From contig CM060734.1 in assembly GCA_030704615.1 (NCBI GenBank), positions 27,528,001 to 27,592,000 of the forward strand: a stretch of DNA of 64,000 nucleotides, in the 5' to 3' direction. Positions 23,222-36,069 of this stretch are shown here, in pieces. The DNA is from Takakia lepidozioides (Eukaryota; Plantae; Bryophyta). A program made the translations under genes and the position numbers. A model generated the notes under the pieces. The model was given only the letters and a program-made list of their open reading frames with translations. It did no database searches and had not been told where the DNA came from. The number at the start of each line of letters is the position of its first letter. The first letter of the stretch is position 1.

Positions 23222-25445
23222 CCTCCCGCATATAGTCGCCGAACTGGAGGAAACGATAATGCCACCATGCTAGCCAACTGACCATTGCTCCCTCGTCTGA
23301 TTTCCTTACAGCACCTGACGATGTCCACCAAGCCCGTATACATGCAAACTGTGTCTCTGCATCATCCAAGGTGGGAGTGGGCTTCCACGCAAGGCACATG
23401 GAACGGTGCTCCTCTCTGAAATCTGGCACCACGAGCCTGGTTGTGTACTGCGAAAGGCTCTACAGAAAATGGAACCCACAAGATCATCCTTGCCTTCCAT
23501 GGGAACATTGGGGTCTTGCCCGTACACCCTTCGGATGGCAGCCCAATTTGCTTGTGCGTTGTCCGCCATGAAACCACGGAAATTGGGAGGGGGCAATCCC
23601 GCCTTGGCCATCTATTCATTTATTCCCTGCCAAAGAAGCATCTCCGATTGTGTGTCCTCTCCTTTCATCTCACAAATAGCAATTGTCATTAGCATCCTGC
23701 AGTGGGTGTCGTAGACATGTGCACCCATTGTCACCCACTGGTGATTTGTAATTCGCTTGATATGGTCGAACATGACCCAACTGTTTGACAAGTCCCCACT
23801 CGTCATCCTGTCGATCAGTTCGACGCCGCTGCCAGGTCCACACGTGGACATTTTGAATACGAAACAACGATCTGCCTCAGTCCCTTGTACTGGAAACCTA
23901 CTTCCATGAATGTAGTCATATCCACATCGTCGCTTCACCTCCAGAATGGAGTGCATATCCGAGCCACGCCCAATTTTCTGTTTGCATGAGACAATGTGGT
24001 TTCGGACATTCGGTGAACATACGTGGGACACCGACTCCAGCAATGCCTCCATTTCCTTCTCATCGAGAGGAACTCTATCGGAGCCGTCTTCCGACATAAT
24101 TCTGGCCAATGCCATCTTATGGGCGGCTTGGAGCTGTATCTGTTTGGGTTTGGCACCCTGTCTCAACTTAACCTCCTCCTGAACGAGCTGCTCTGCTTCG
24201 TGGGAAGCCTCCCGCGAGTTCCCCCTCGCCAATTTGTGACAATGGGAACCAACGTGTATGCAAGCTCGGGTGAGGTCAGGGAAACGGTGCAACACACATA
24301 GAACTGCTTGGCATTACAAACAGACATGCAGTGTGGTGGTTTTTTGCAATGCGCACACTTAAATGTGGAGTTCGGAACCTTCTCCTGAGCTCGAAGTGGT
24401 TGATGAGCTGTGCCTGTCCAATCGGTCTCGTTCCTGTGACCTCTGGATTTAAAGTGGAAGCAAGTTGGGGAGAAACACCGCAACGCGCCCGCACAAACAA
24501 CGTAGCGCACCCGCACATCATCGAGCATCTTCATGCTGGTGGTTTTGGTAACGCACCAAGGATGACCGTCATGTTTTCTATCCATATCTGTCAACATTCT
24601 GGACGCCCTCGAGTAGTCCCCCGAGGAGGGAACTCAAAGAAGATATTACCGTCAACGTCGGCGGGAAGGCATGTAACCGATTTAATTGCGAACTTGCTGT
24701 AGTCCAGCCCGGCCAGCTCCGACCGGTGTCCCTCCTGGTGAAGCCCTTGCAGAATTTCAAGAATAGATCGAACTGCGGTGCTCGTGCTGGGAATATGACC
24801 CCTCCTCCACTGACGTCCATTGAGGACTTGCCTGATCTCCAGGACGACCTCGGAACTTCCATGACCTCGTCTGAGTCGGACAGGTTGTGAACAACCCGGT
24901 TCTCGCTCGTTTTCATGGATGGGTTCGGCTCTGGATTTACTTCGTTGCGGACTTCTCTCTTTGAGGTAGTCACTCTCTGATTCGCGGATTGTTTCGTGGA
25001 AGGCGCCAGGATAGAAGGTGCATTTGGCGGGCAAAATGAAGTCCCCAAAGCCCTGTATATGACGTTGTCCGATGGTGGAACTCGCCATTCCCTGCCATCG
25101 CCGAAATCATCGTGGAGCACAACAATACTCTCGACAACAAGGCCGTTTGAGTCCTTCCTTTCCTCCTCCAAAAAAACCGACCTCGGTTTCAGGTGGTATC
25201 GAACGCACAGATATTTCTCCATCACCGGCAGATGTCCCCTCTGCACGAATGAAGCTCTATGCTCGTGAGGAGGGCAGTACACTGTAGCGCTCGGGTTTTC
25301 CGCCATGGGAGATGTGCACACAAGACTGCCAGGATGGCGTGCGGGGAAGCTCCCTGGTAGAAGGGGGATGCAGCGATGGGAAGGAATGCGGTGCCGATTT
25401 GTCCGAGCGACGAAGCCTGATCCAAATCCAGGGAGCCAACTATCT
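23222..25445 (-). pseudogene. Mutator-like DDE transposase with N-terminal GCM/WRKY-type zinc finger; last exon(s) missing
   Basis: Finger CAGALRC..C..CAHC..C..C..HVGSHCH; D1 in WVMFDHIKR; D2 in GFMADNAQANWAAIRRVY; CxxH as SCGFH. Ends at the intron donor DYMRE|gtgagt. Contains stops and frameshifts. Confidence 0.75.
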
Positions 25446-25609
25446 CAAAAATCCACAGTCAGAGTGTTAATGAACCTTGTCTCCGGAATGCGGCTCCTGG
25501 TCTTTGCGCAATAACTGCCAACGGTATGCAGTCAGAAAGTGGGGGGCCGTCCGGATGATGTCGGCTGAAGGGAGAAGCCGGCACCGTGCCGTTACATTAC
25601 TACCCCCGA

Positions 25610-26481
25610 ATAGAAATTCGGCACCCAATATCCAACAGGGGCCGCACGGATGAAGTCGTCTGGGGCAGAGATGCCGGCACTTGTCCGACAGAGAACATCC
25701 CCCGGATGGAAATTCAGCGCCGAATTTCCATTCGGATCCCCTCAAAGGAAGTCATGTCGGGGGGTCAGGCCGAAAACTGGCCGACATAAAAACCTCCGCG
25801 GATGCAAAAACGGCGCCGAATTTCCATCCGAGGCCTTTCGGATGCTGTCGGCTCGGGGGAAAGGCCGCCATCTGGCCCTCAAATTACAACCCCCGGACGG
25901 AAATTCGGCACCGAATATACAACAGGGGAAGCCCGGATGAAGTCGCCTCGGGCGCAGAGGCCGGCGCGTGTGCGACAGAGAACATCCCCTGGATGGAGAT
26001 TCGGCGCCGAATTTCCATCCGGGCCCCCCCCAAAGGAAGTCGTGTTCGGGGGTCAGGCCGAAACTGGCCGCCATAAAGACATCCCCAGATGGAAAAACAC
26101 GGCCGATTTCCATCCGGGGCGGTTTGATGCAGTCGGGGAGGGGGGAGAGGCCGGCACCTGGCCGTCACATTTCAACCCCCGGACGGAAATTCGGCACCGA
26201 ATATCCAACAGGGGACGCCCGGATGAAGTCGCCTCGGGCGTAGAGGCCGGCACGTGTTCGACAGAGAGCATCCCCTAGATGGAGATTCGGCGCCAAATTT
26301 CCATCCGGGCCCCCCCAAAGGAAGTCGTGTCGGGGGGTCAGGCCGAAAACTGGCCGCCATAAAAACATCCCCAGATGGAAAAACGGCGCCGAATTTCCAT
26401 CCGAGGCCGTTCCAATGCAGTCGGGGAGGGGGGAGAGGCTGGCACCTGGCCGTCATATTTCAACCCCCGGACGGAAATTCG
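25610..26481. repeat. Second copy of the left half of the GGCGCC palindrome array
   Basis: Near-identical to 8020-8800; abruptly joined to the gypsy extra ORF at about 26481. Confidence 0.9.
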
Positions 26482-27425
26482 CCTCAAACTCTTGCTTGAG
26501 CTCCTCCCGCAATGCTGCCAATTGAGTGGAAGGAACATGAGTCTTGACATAGGTGCCCAACAAATTGAGAGTCTTGCTTATGGAACTCATGAGCATGGCC
26601 TGCTATGGGTCTTCATGGAAAACCTACTGTTTTTCCTCCTGATTCTCTACAGTTTGATGTTTCACAAACCAATCAGGCCATGATCCTACAAGATCTTCTT
26701 CCTGAGCAACCTCATCTTCCACAGGTGCTGCAGTACCCTTACCCTTACCCCTTCAACCTCCGCCACAGGTTTGGGCATAACCCGCACAACAGGGATTTCC
26801 TTGGGCAGACTCTGCATCTTTGGTACCATGGGTTCTCCGACCATGCCAAAGTTTTCATAGAGAAGGTCGCCCTTCTCAATTTCTGCCACTACCTGCTCTG
26901 TAGTGGGGATGTCCAATCCCTCCCTCTCCACAGCAAGAGGCTATGGTGTAACAGTAAGTCCAGTCTGAGTTACCACTGGGGCAACTTGGTCAGCTTGTTG
27001 TGTTGGTCGTGGTACCGAAGTGACTTCTGCCTCCCTCTCTAATGGCTGTGCTTCCAGTAATAACAACCCATTATGCTGCTGCACCCCATCCTGTGGAAGA
27101 GCTATGGAAACATCATCGTGTGGATTCCTTGTGGCAAGTGGATCCGCCATTATAGTTGCTTCCCTCCTCTGTTTCTTGGAGTGGTGCTGCCTCTCTAATC
27201 CTCCTTCACCTTGTGAAGAGCCTTGCTCCTCAACTGCAGTTGTGGCTGCCTCAAACACCCCCATTACCTTGCGTTCTTGCGCATCAAGCAAGCAAGAATC
27301 AAAGATAATCTGTGCAATAATTGGGCCAGACACAATGATTGGGGACTTGGCAGCAGTAGTCTGTAATCGTTTCATCTCCTCCACCAGACCACTATGCATC
27401 ATCTCTGCCCAAGCTACATCCTCTC
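26482..27425 (-). pseudogene. 3' part of the gypsy extra ORF (continuation of 36070-41192)
   Basis: EDVAWAEMMHSGLVEEMKRLQTTAAKSPIIVSGPIIAQII is homologous to 62950-63890. Confidence 0.9.
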
Positions 27426-28142
27426 GGGGGTTGCAAATCCATGAGCATGAACGGTGAGCGCATGAGCATGAGTAGAGGTTCCCGATCCTCGCCCGAACCT
27501 ACACCGAACCACCTCGAAGGTGGATGGAGGTTGGGCAGAGGTGATAGAAGAGGATGATGACACCCCGGACAATGCATCATGGACCCTATATGATGAAGCT
27601 CTAGAAGATACGGATGTTGGAGAAGGAGACGAAGACACGACCATTGACAACGAGGTGGAGGATGATTCGGAGGCGCCTTTTGAGGGCCGGGCCATTTATG
27701 ACGATGACTCTGATGACCAAGAAGACTTGCAGCTTGATGATGATGAAGAGGCTCCGGATGATGATGTTCAAGTTGATTAGACACAAAATCAAAGCTACAT
27801 AACAATTCTCGCACCGAACTAGACCCATCCCTTCGATTGATTGTACATGTACATGCATACTGTACTTTATTTCTATGATCTATCATCAAATATGGCTATG
27901 GCTGGTAGTCTTTCAAGAAAGAAGGCAGAGGCAATGAATATGTTGGAGCAACAGCCTCTTCCTCATTTGGGTGTGAATGGTCAAAACCAAACGTCGCTCC
28001 TTCCACTCCTCACTCACTCCTTCCAAAACCACAATCAGATCTTGCATGAGTACTACTCTCTAAACCCTAAACTTTGTGGAATACACTTTACATACATTGA
28101 GAAGATTAAAGAAAATAATCTCCATGCGAGGGGGAATGGCGC

Positions 28143-28450
28143 TTATACCTTGCGTGGTACTTTTTTCCCTTGGACATCATCCCGATATCGGTCTTTCTTG
28201 CACTTTGGGCACTTGGTGAGATGCGAATCATCTCCGTAGTATAGGGTTTTATCACATGGACATGCATGAAAAATCTTATAGCCCATCCCCACAGAGTCCA
28301 AGACTTCGCGCGCCTCTTTCCGCGACTGTGGCATCTTGGGTTTCAAGTGTGGAGCAAGGATATAGTCTGCAATAGTTCACATTATGGCAGACATCCCAAC
28401 ATTACTTATGCCAAATCGAATTTGAAGATTGAGCAAAAGTAAGATTGTTG
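28143..28450 (-). pseudogene. Displaced N-terminal exon of a CACTA (En/Spm) transposase
   Basis: MPQSRKEAREVLDSVGMGYKIFHACPCDKTLYY..LTKCPKCKKDRY..KVPRKV. Confidence 0.85.
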
Positions 28451-28949
28451 AACTCTGTGTCCATTTCAAGAATAAATAACTTTTTACTTTGTACTACTAT
28501 GCACACAAACTACTCCTATGTTGAACAAACATGGTCAAGACCTTACAACACACATACGAAGTTATAAGCACAATAGTAACCATCTCTCCCAACCTAACCT
28601 GAGAATATGTTCTGCTCCATTCAACTAAATCTATCAGTAAACCTCACACACCATGAGTAAATAATAGATTCTTGCCTAACTTATCCAGCCTTAGTTCAAT
28701 AGACTATTGTGCCTTTCACAAATTAAGGTACTAGAGAAGTATGGTCCAGAAAGAGGCAATGCATACACCGTTTCCTTCAACCTCCCCCATCTACCTGGCT
28801 TAGTTGTCATTTTTATACAGGTCCAGCTTTGAGTGGGGATGATATAATCGGTGGCAACCACAACACCTTACATTGCCCTACGGACCCCCCAATAACGAAT
28901 GTGGTGCTATAGTCTGTGGCAACTATAACACCTCACATGCAGGCCACGG

Positions 28950-31900
28950 TCATAGGCGTTCCACCTCCTATTTCCGTGGACTGTTACCAAGATGCATGAA
29001 GTCGCAGTTTTGGTTGCCGATTATGTCCAGTCTCTCCGTCCACCGTAATTGCCTCACCCCATGGAGATCCGAGACCATGATAGATACGTCTTCCTCTTGG
29101 CTGAGCATGCACAACCACCTTCCAATTCCCCCCTCTTGTTTTGTCATCGGAGAAGAAAACTTGCTCCATGTCTGAAGGCCGTGAAAAAGGTTCATCGGAG
29201 GGACAATGAGTAGGGTTGAGCCTATCTGCATTGACGCGCATAAAACCACAATCATCTTGCACTAGTGTTGCGGAGGGCCCCACAAGATGTGGCTGGAACC
29301 ACCTTCCCTTGAAGAGAAGAGGCCGGTACCTTGTATACTGAAGTTGGAGTATGCTCTCAAGCTCTCCAATGTACTCAAGTTTGCTCATAGCAAGTCATGT
29401 ATCTCCCTTGCCCCACACGGAGTCTTACTAATATGTGGCACACAAGCCAGAATCAAAGGTTGTTTTGCGCTTCATGTCAAGAGCACGAATGCGGAAATGA
29501 TGACCGTGAACCCAAACCGCCGTGTACGAGGTCGCGAATTGAGAGGGGCCCCTTGCAATGTCTTGCACCAAATCTGAAACTACCTCTCCTTGAGCAACGA
29601 CGTCATAAACTGAAGTCCAAAGCCACTGTTGGAATGAACTTAGAGGGCAATTCCATGGCAAATTTTGTGAAGGAACATTCCGGTGGCCCGCTCCTCGTCG
29701 TGGGCGTCTAGTAACCGGCCTTGGATGGTTCCGCCTCCATGCAAGCGTCTCCTCCTCTTGTTGCTGAACAAGATTATTGTATCTTGCCTCCCACTCATGT
29801 ATGGATGGGGTGTTCTTCAGTATGAAGTCATGCGTTTGCTCAATCACCAAGGTCGGCAATTTTATTTTTTGGGCAAAACGATGTCGTTGGTTCGTGCATC
29901 CTCTTCTTTCTTCCACATCCGAGGGGCTTCCTCATCCACCCTTTCCATGTACTCCGTGCAATAGAACATAACTTCTTGCAACGTATACCCCTCCGCCATG
30001 CTACCCTCGGGTGCGCCATTTGTCTTACAATCCTTTCAAAGTTTTCATATAACGCTCAAGGAAGTACATCCACCGAGAATGAACGGGGCTGGCAATCGAA
30101 GCCTCTTCCACTAAGTGCACTACCAAGTGCACTTGGATGTCAAAGAAGGAGGGAGGAAGGTGCATCTCCAACATACACATTACCTCCGCCGCCTCCTTCT
30201 TCATGCGTTGAAAATTTGCTTCTTCCAACTCTTTGGAGCAAATCCTCCGGAACAAGCCTTCCAATCTATAGATTGTCTCACAAACCTCGGGAGTCAATGT
30301 CCCACGTACTGCAATGGGCAAGATGTCTTGCAATAGATTGTGGTAGTCATGAGACTTCAAACCATGGACCCCGTCTTCTTCGCTGAACTTCGTACGGATG
30401 GATGACCCATAACCAGTTGGTGTTCGGACAGCACTTATGGTGGCTATCACTTTCTTGTATTCCTCTTTTGTCCATTGCCAAGGTGCGCGCCTATACTTCC
30501 ACCGTACAACACCCTTTGGGTCCACACCATTTTTTTCGGCCCATAGATGGCGCATGCGACCCTGCTCCTCAAGCTCTTTTCTAACCCGAGAGAATCTCCT
30601 TTTGCAGCCACTCCCTTCTTTGCCGGCGTGCCATGAAGAACCCGAAAAAGGGACAAGCAGACATTCTTATCAATATGCATGGAATCTAGAAGATGGCGAA
30701 TCTTTAGGTCCTACATATATCCCCACCCACAAAGACTTACACAAATTTTTTTACGTGAAAGTGACAATGCAACGCATACCAAATATGCAATATCACATGC
30801 ATGCATAGGGATATTGACGGTGTTTTGTGGAATATGTACCGCCCAATATGGCAACTCGTAGAAGATTGAAAGTCGTTTCATGCCGGGCACGTCCACTTCA
30901 CCGTCCGTGCCCGCATGGGCTTCCTTCCATCGGTCCTCCCAAAACTGCCCGGATGGTGTCATAGGGGGGGGGACGTACTTCCTCTTTGCCATCAAACAAG
31001 TGTTTCTCTCTTCTTCTCCATCGATGGCTCATAGGAAGAAATTTGCGGTAGTTGGGATACACCATCTTGTGAAGATGGCGGGAGCTATGTGCATCAAGAT
31101 CATCGCCACAATGCAAGCATGCATGGTACCATTTGGTGCTTAGCCCCGCGCAAACAGTTAGTCATGTACTACACATCCCGCCACATTAGCAAAAACAAAA
31201 AGTTGTCATGTGCATGGCCCATAATGTCATCTACCCCACTACGGTGCACAAGACTGTCGCCGCTACTTCAATCAATCCCAATTTTCATTGATATTATCCG
31301 GCATTGACAAATGAATGTACGCGGGTTGTTCATGGGGGACATAATATACCTGGATAATCATGCATTGTCCAAAGCAAGATGCCTCTCATCTGAAAAGATT
31401 GTCCGGCCATAGGTCAAGTGAAGCATCCATGTCGGGACCCCCCCTCCATAGCTCTTTAAGTTCATCAACAAGAGGTCGCAAGTACGTGTCCATGTTTGCC
31501 ACTTGTTTTTTCCCTATGAGACATTCAGATCATTGTTTCAATGCTCCACCAATATGCAGATTATACTACAAATGAATTACATGTCTTACTCCATGATTAT
31601 GTCACTCATCAATCTTGCATCCGAATTGCATCAAAGATCAGAAGTTTAATGTAAAGTCGAAGGCAATAATAAACATGAAATGAGTACACTCACCTGGCAC
31701 AATGGCAGCCAACATGATATGGCCTTTTTTAATTGAAAGATACAGAGGGATGTTGTAATTTACCATGGTCACCGGCCAAGTGGAATGACTACATGACTGG
31801 ACAGAGAATGGGTTGACCCCATCCGAGGAGAAGCCGAGGTGGACATGTCGTGGGTCCTCCAAGAGAAAATGCCACATCTCTTCAATATGCCTCCATGCTT

Positions 31901-32027
31901 GTGAATCTTGTGGCCCGCACACCTTTCCCGGGGGGCTCCGATGCGAGGTGTGCCATCTCATGAGTCTGGCCAATTCGGGGCTTTGGTACTGTGCCCTCAA
32001 TTGCAGGATGATCGGAAAGTAATGCAT
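28950..32027 (-). pseudogene. CACTA transposase (Tnp2/Transposase_21, DUF4218 and DUF4216 regions)
   Basis: HYFPII..LMRWH..LGFSSDGVNPF..HSTWPV..YNIP; SIFYELPYW; GLKSHDYHNLLQDILPIA; LPPSFFDIQVHLVVHL..RWMYFLERYMKTLK; YIGELESILQLQY..LFKGRW; DEPF..QVFF. Confidence 0.92.
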
Positions 32028-32089
32028 ATGAAAAAAAAAAAAAAAAAAAAACTAAGAACCCCCAAAGGCCTAAACTAACCTAGAAAGCC

Positions 32090-32648
32090 CTGCCGTCGCT
32101 GCCTGCGACCCCCACGCGTCGCCACCTGCGATGCGGTTTTTAGGCTGGGGGTTGCAAATGGCGACGGCCAACCGTCGCCAACTGTGACCTGTTTTTTTGA
32201 ATGGATTTATGAGGCCAGGGGTCGCACACTGTGACCCGTTTTTTTATTTTTTATTTTAAGAATAGGGCAGCCGGGCAGTTTGCGACGCCCGGCCGTCGCA
32301 GGGGCCTTTTGCCCTTCATGCCACCATGCGACGGCCTGGCGTCGCAAGAAAAGGCTGCGATGAAAGAAGGGTTTTTTTTTTTTTCCGACGTGCGACGAGG
32401 GGCCGTTGCCCGAAAGGGCTGCCTTCTGCCCTTCGCCGGGGGCGACGCTTGGGCGTCGCACGGAAGGGCTGCCTTTGCCCTTCATCACTCCGTGCGACGG
32501 CCAGGTGGCGGCCCGCGGGTTTGGCTGCGACGGGCCCGACGTCACAAACACGCTCCACGGGGTTGGCGTCGCACGCTCGACGCCGCGCGAGGCATGGGGC
32601 GCGGCTGGCGTCGCACCCCCCCCCCCCCCCCCCCCATTTGCTGTAGTG
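32090..32648 (-). repeat. CACTA terminus (CACTACAGCAAATG on the minus strand) with GCGAC/GTCGC subterminal repeats
   Basis: catttgctgtagtg at 32635-32648, with dense gcgacg/cgtcgc motifs inward. The partner terminus was not found. Confidence 0.8.
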
Positions 32649-33189
32649 CATCTTGGGACTACCTAGGTCTCACCAAGCTTGTTCTTAGCCCTCCTTTTCT
32701 GCTTGTAATCTGGGTAGTTGCATCTACAGACCTCATTGCGGACGTCCCATGAAGACTGATTATCCCGAGTTTACCCTTAGATGGTTCATCTAGCATATAT
32801 GAAATGCATGGAAATGAAGTCAATGATGCGCGTTCGAAGGCTTCTCAATGGTTGCTAACTTTTGTACTCCAATCATCTATAGAAACCCGTTTGGAAGCAC
32901 ACTCCAAACCAGAATCTTGTTTTCACCAAACTGCCTTGTACACCCTTCTTTTCTGAAACCAGCATTCGTGGTGATGATGATGCGCAACTAGAGGCTTCCA
33001 CCCCGGGCTGAAGCACCTTCATATTTAACAATCATTTTTGCGTTCTGTCGCGAGGACAAACTTAAAAACTACAAGTGCCCAAGAGAAAAGAAATTGTTTC
33101 ATGCAAACATATTGGTTCTGTGAACTCATACATGTTCATCAAAGAGGTAAATAGTTTTAAGACAATAGTAATAATAATAATGAATCTAT

Positions 33190-34842
33190 TAGTCGGCGTC
33201 GACTTATCTTCGACTATAAACACAAAATAACAGTTTGGATTTAAAGTCTGCACCGACTTAACCAAAAAAAAAAAAAACAATTAGTCGGCGCCGACTTATC
33301 TTCGACTATGAACACAAAAAATCATTTAACCAAGAGAATTTAAATATAATAATAATAATAATAACAGCGCCGACTTATCCGCGATTATGAACACAAAAAA
33401 TCAGCTTGGGTTTAAAGTCGGCACCGACTATAACCGAAGGAAGAAATTAAATAATATATAAATAATAATAATATATTTTTAAAAAAAAACCGGCTCCGAC
33501 TTATCCGCGATTATGAACACAAAAAATCAGCTTGGGTTTAAAGTCGGCACCGACTATAACCAAAGGAAGAAATAAAATAAATAAATAAATAAACTATTAG
33601 TCGGCGCCATCTTATCCTCGATTATGAACCCCAAAAATCAGCTTAGGTTGAAAGTCGGCACCGACTTTAACCAAAGGAGCCAAAGAAAAAATTAAAAAAT
33701 TAAAAAATTAATAAAAACTATTAGTTGGCGCTGACTTATCCTCGATTATGAACTGGAAAAATCAGCTTGGGTCTAAAGTCGGCACCGACTTTTAACCAAA
33801 GGAGCAAAGAAAGAAGTAAAAAATAAAAAATATTAGTCGGCGCCGACTTATCTTCGATTATGAACACAAAAAACCAGCTTGGGTTTAAAGTCGGCACCGA
33901 CTTTAACGATGGGAACTTTATACCCATGAGCATGAGCAAAAATATTATGAGCAAAGATAAAACACACACATTATTTGGATGAATATAGTATTTGCTCTAG
34001 AATCTTGATTTACTTGGCGCCGACTTATAGGTTTTTCTTTAAAAAAAAGAAAAAACTGATTTTTTGTGTTCAAACTTGAATAAGTCGACGCCGATTTATA
34101 GTTTGTTTGGTTTTTTTTTTTTCAGTTTTTTTGCTCCCATTGTTAAAGTCGGTGCCGACTTTAAACCCACACTGATTTTTTGTGTTCATAGTCGAAGATA
34201 AGTCGGCGCCGACTTCTAGGTTTTTTTTTTTTGTTTTTTTTTTTCCCCCTCCCATCGTTAAAGTCGGTGCCGACTTTAAACACACACTGATTTTTAATGT
34301 TCGTAGTCGAAGATAAGTCGGTGTCGACTTATATTTTTCTTAATTTTTTTTGTGTGTTTTTCTCCCATCGTTAAAGTCGGTGCCGACTTTTAACCCACAC
34401 TGATTTTTTGTGTTCATAGTCGAAGATAAGTCGGTGCCGACTTATAGTTTTTTCTTTTTCTTTTTTCTTTTTTTCCTCCCATCGTTAAAGTCGGTGCCGA
34501 CTTTAAACACATACTTGTTTTTTATGTTCATAGTCGAAGATAAGTCGGTGCCGACTTTAAACCCACACTGATTTTTTTTGTTCCTTGTTGAAGATGAGTC
34601 GGCGCCGACTTATAGGTTTTTCTCTTTCTTTCTTTATTTCTTTCCCTCTTTGAAACTTTAACCCCAAACTGATTTGTATATTCTTAGTCGAGGATAAGTC
34701 GGCACAGACTTCTAATTTATTTAGTTTAATATTTTGTTTTTTGCTTCTGATAAACTTTCACCCAAATTGATTTTTTATGTTCATAATCGGAGATAAGTCT
34801 GATACCCATACCACACCAACATTGGTCGGCACCGACTTATAA
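33190..34842. repeat. Head-to-head array of about 25 palindromes AAGTCGG(C/T)(G/A)CCGACTT in units of about 120 bp
   Basis: A-rich units at 33190-33910 and reverse-complement T-rich units at 34010-34842. Paired sites lie 54 bp apart (33839/33893; 34151/34205). CATGAGCATGAGC sits at the inversion centre (about 33925). Confidence 0.95.
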
Positions 34843-35089
34843 TTTGCTTATTTCAATAAGTCTAAGATTAATATTGTGTCCACTATCAGCTATCTAGTTG
34901 GTTCTGAGTCTAGAATTGCAGCGACAAACTTGCATTTCTGGTAGTATCCTCAATCAGTCCGCTAGTCCACAACTCGTAATAGAACTAGGTATTTTTTTTT
35001 TTCGTTTAAGTCAAATACATTGCCTCCATAGGCCACTGATCTACGTCATCATGGACACTGAGCTTCTCTGTCTGGCCTATCTATATGGT

Positions 35090-35603
35090 CTCAGATCCGA
35101 CACCGGTAGAGATGGCATGACCCATTGAGCTGCACCCATGTGTCAATGTATGGAGTGTGGAATGAATGGAGCACTCACTAAGTATGCATACAGACTCTTC
35201 AACTACTGGTGTCTCCAGGCAAATTGTGCATGGTTGCAATGCCCTTGTTTCCGTCGGCACAACAGACTCCGGAGCCAACTCTTCAACGATGTCAATGGAA
35301 ACACTAGTGCAAATCCTCCTCTTCATTAACCTCCGTCCCCTCGTCGTCACCTCATTCCTCATCCTCCATCCCCACGTTTTCATCAGCGTCTGACTCCTGT
35401 AAATCAGTGCTACATTCCTCTTCAGCTGGAGCGTTCTCATTTTGCGACTGCATAAGCAACAAAGCCTCATATTCCTGCCTGGCAACACACTCGGCGATAT
35501 AGTCGAGATAAAGAGTCCACCACGATTCGGAAACAGGTCTGTCCTCCTCGTCGCCCTCCACAGCACGGCTGCTGCCGCCTGCATCCACATTGGCAGTGTC
35601 CAT
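35090..35603 (-). pseudogene. Degenerate RING-H2 finger gene
   Basis: CTICLE..EESVCILSEC, then a frameshift, then HSFHTPYIDTWVQLNGSCHLYR. Confidence 0.7.
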
Positions 35604-36069
35604 CTTAGCTAAACAGACAAAATGACTAACAACAAACTTGATTTTGAGCTGCCAACACTGTGTCTGTAATCATTGCAGACTTTCCTTAACCAGCCAGTGC
35701 ATAATCGGCGCCGTGAATGACATAACCTAGCCGGCCCAAAACACCAGGAATCACTGTCTTTCAGATCTTACTTGTGTTCAATTTATTTATTTTTTATTAC
35801 AAACGGTTATATTCTTGCGGCCTTATTCTCCTCTTATGCCTGTAATCGTTGCCGACTATGCAGGTTCGGCAGTTGCCAAACCTGCTTTTTCTGAACCGAG
35901 GGCAAACTTCTAGGCCACATTATGATGCAGCACCTCGCACTTTTTGACATGAAAAACAATCAAAATTAGGTCGGGAAGGGCTAAATTCTAGGAATATTCC
36001 CTAAAAATTCTCTGCTCATGCTTATATGTGCTCATGCTCATGCTCACCGCTCATGCAAAGTACACACCC

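Larger units (their letters stand above)
27426..36069. mobile_element. Non-autonomous MULE-like element (8.6 kb) inserted in the gypsy extra ORF; TSD CATCCTCTC
   Basis: Direct repeat catcctctc at 27417-27425 and 36070-36078 (8 bp if the C belongs to the TIR). Ends are GGGGGTTGCAAATCCATGAGC and, reverse-complemented, GGGTGTGTACTTTGCATGAGC, both with CATGAG runs. Removing the insert restores LRGEDVAWAEMM. Confidence 0.85.

Noticed and set aside
32147-32160. GGGGGTTGCAAAT identical to the 27426 terminus
   Set aside because: It is not followed by CATGAG motifs and lies within CACTA subterminal repeats; there is no boundary evidence.
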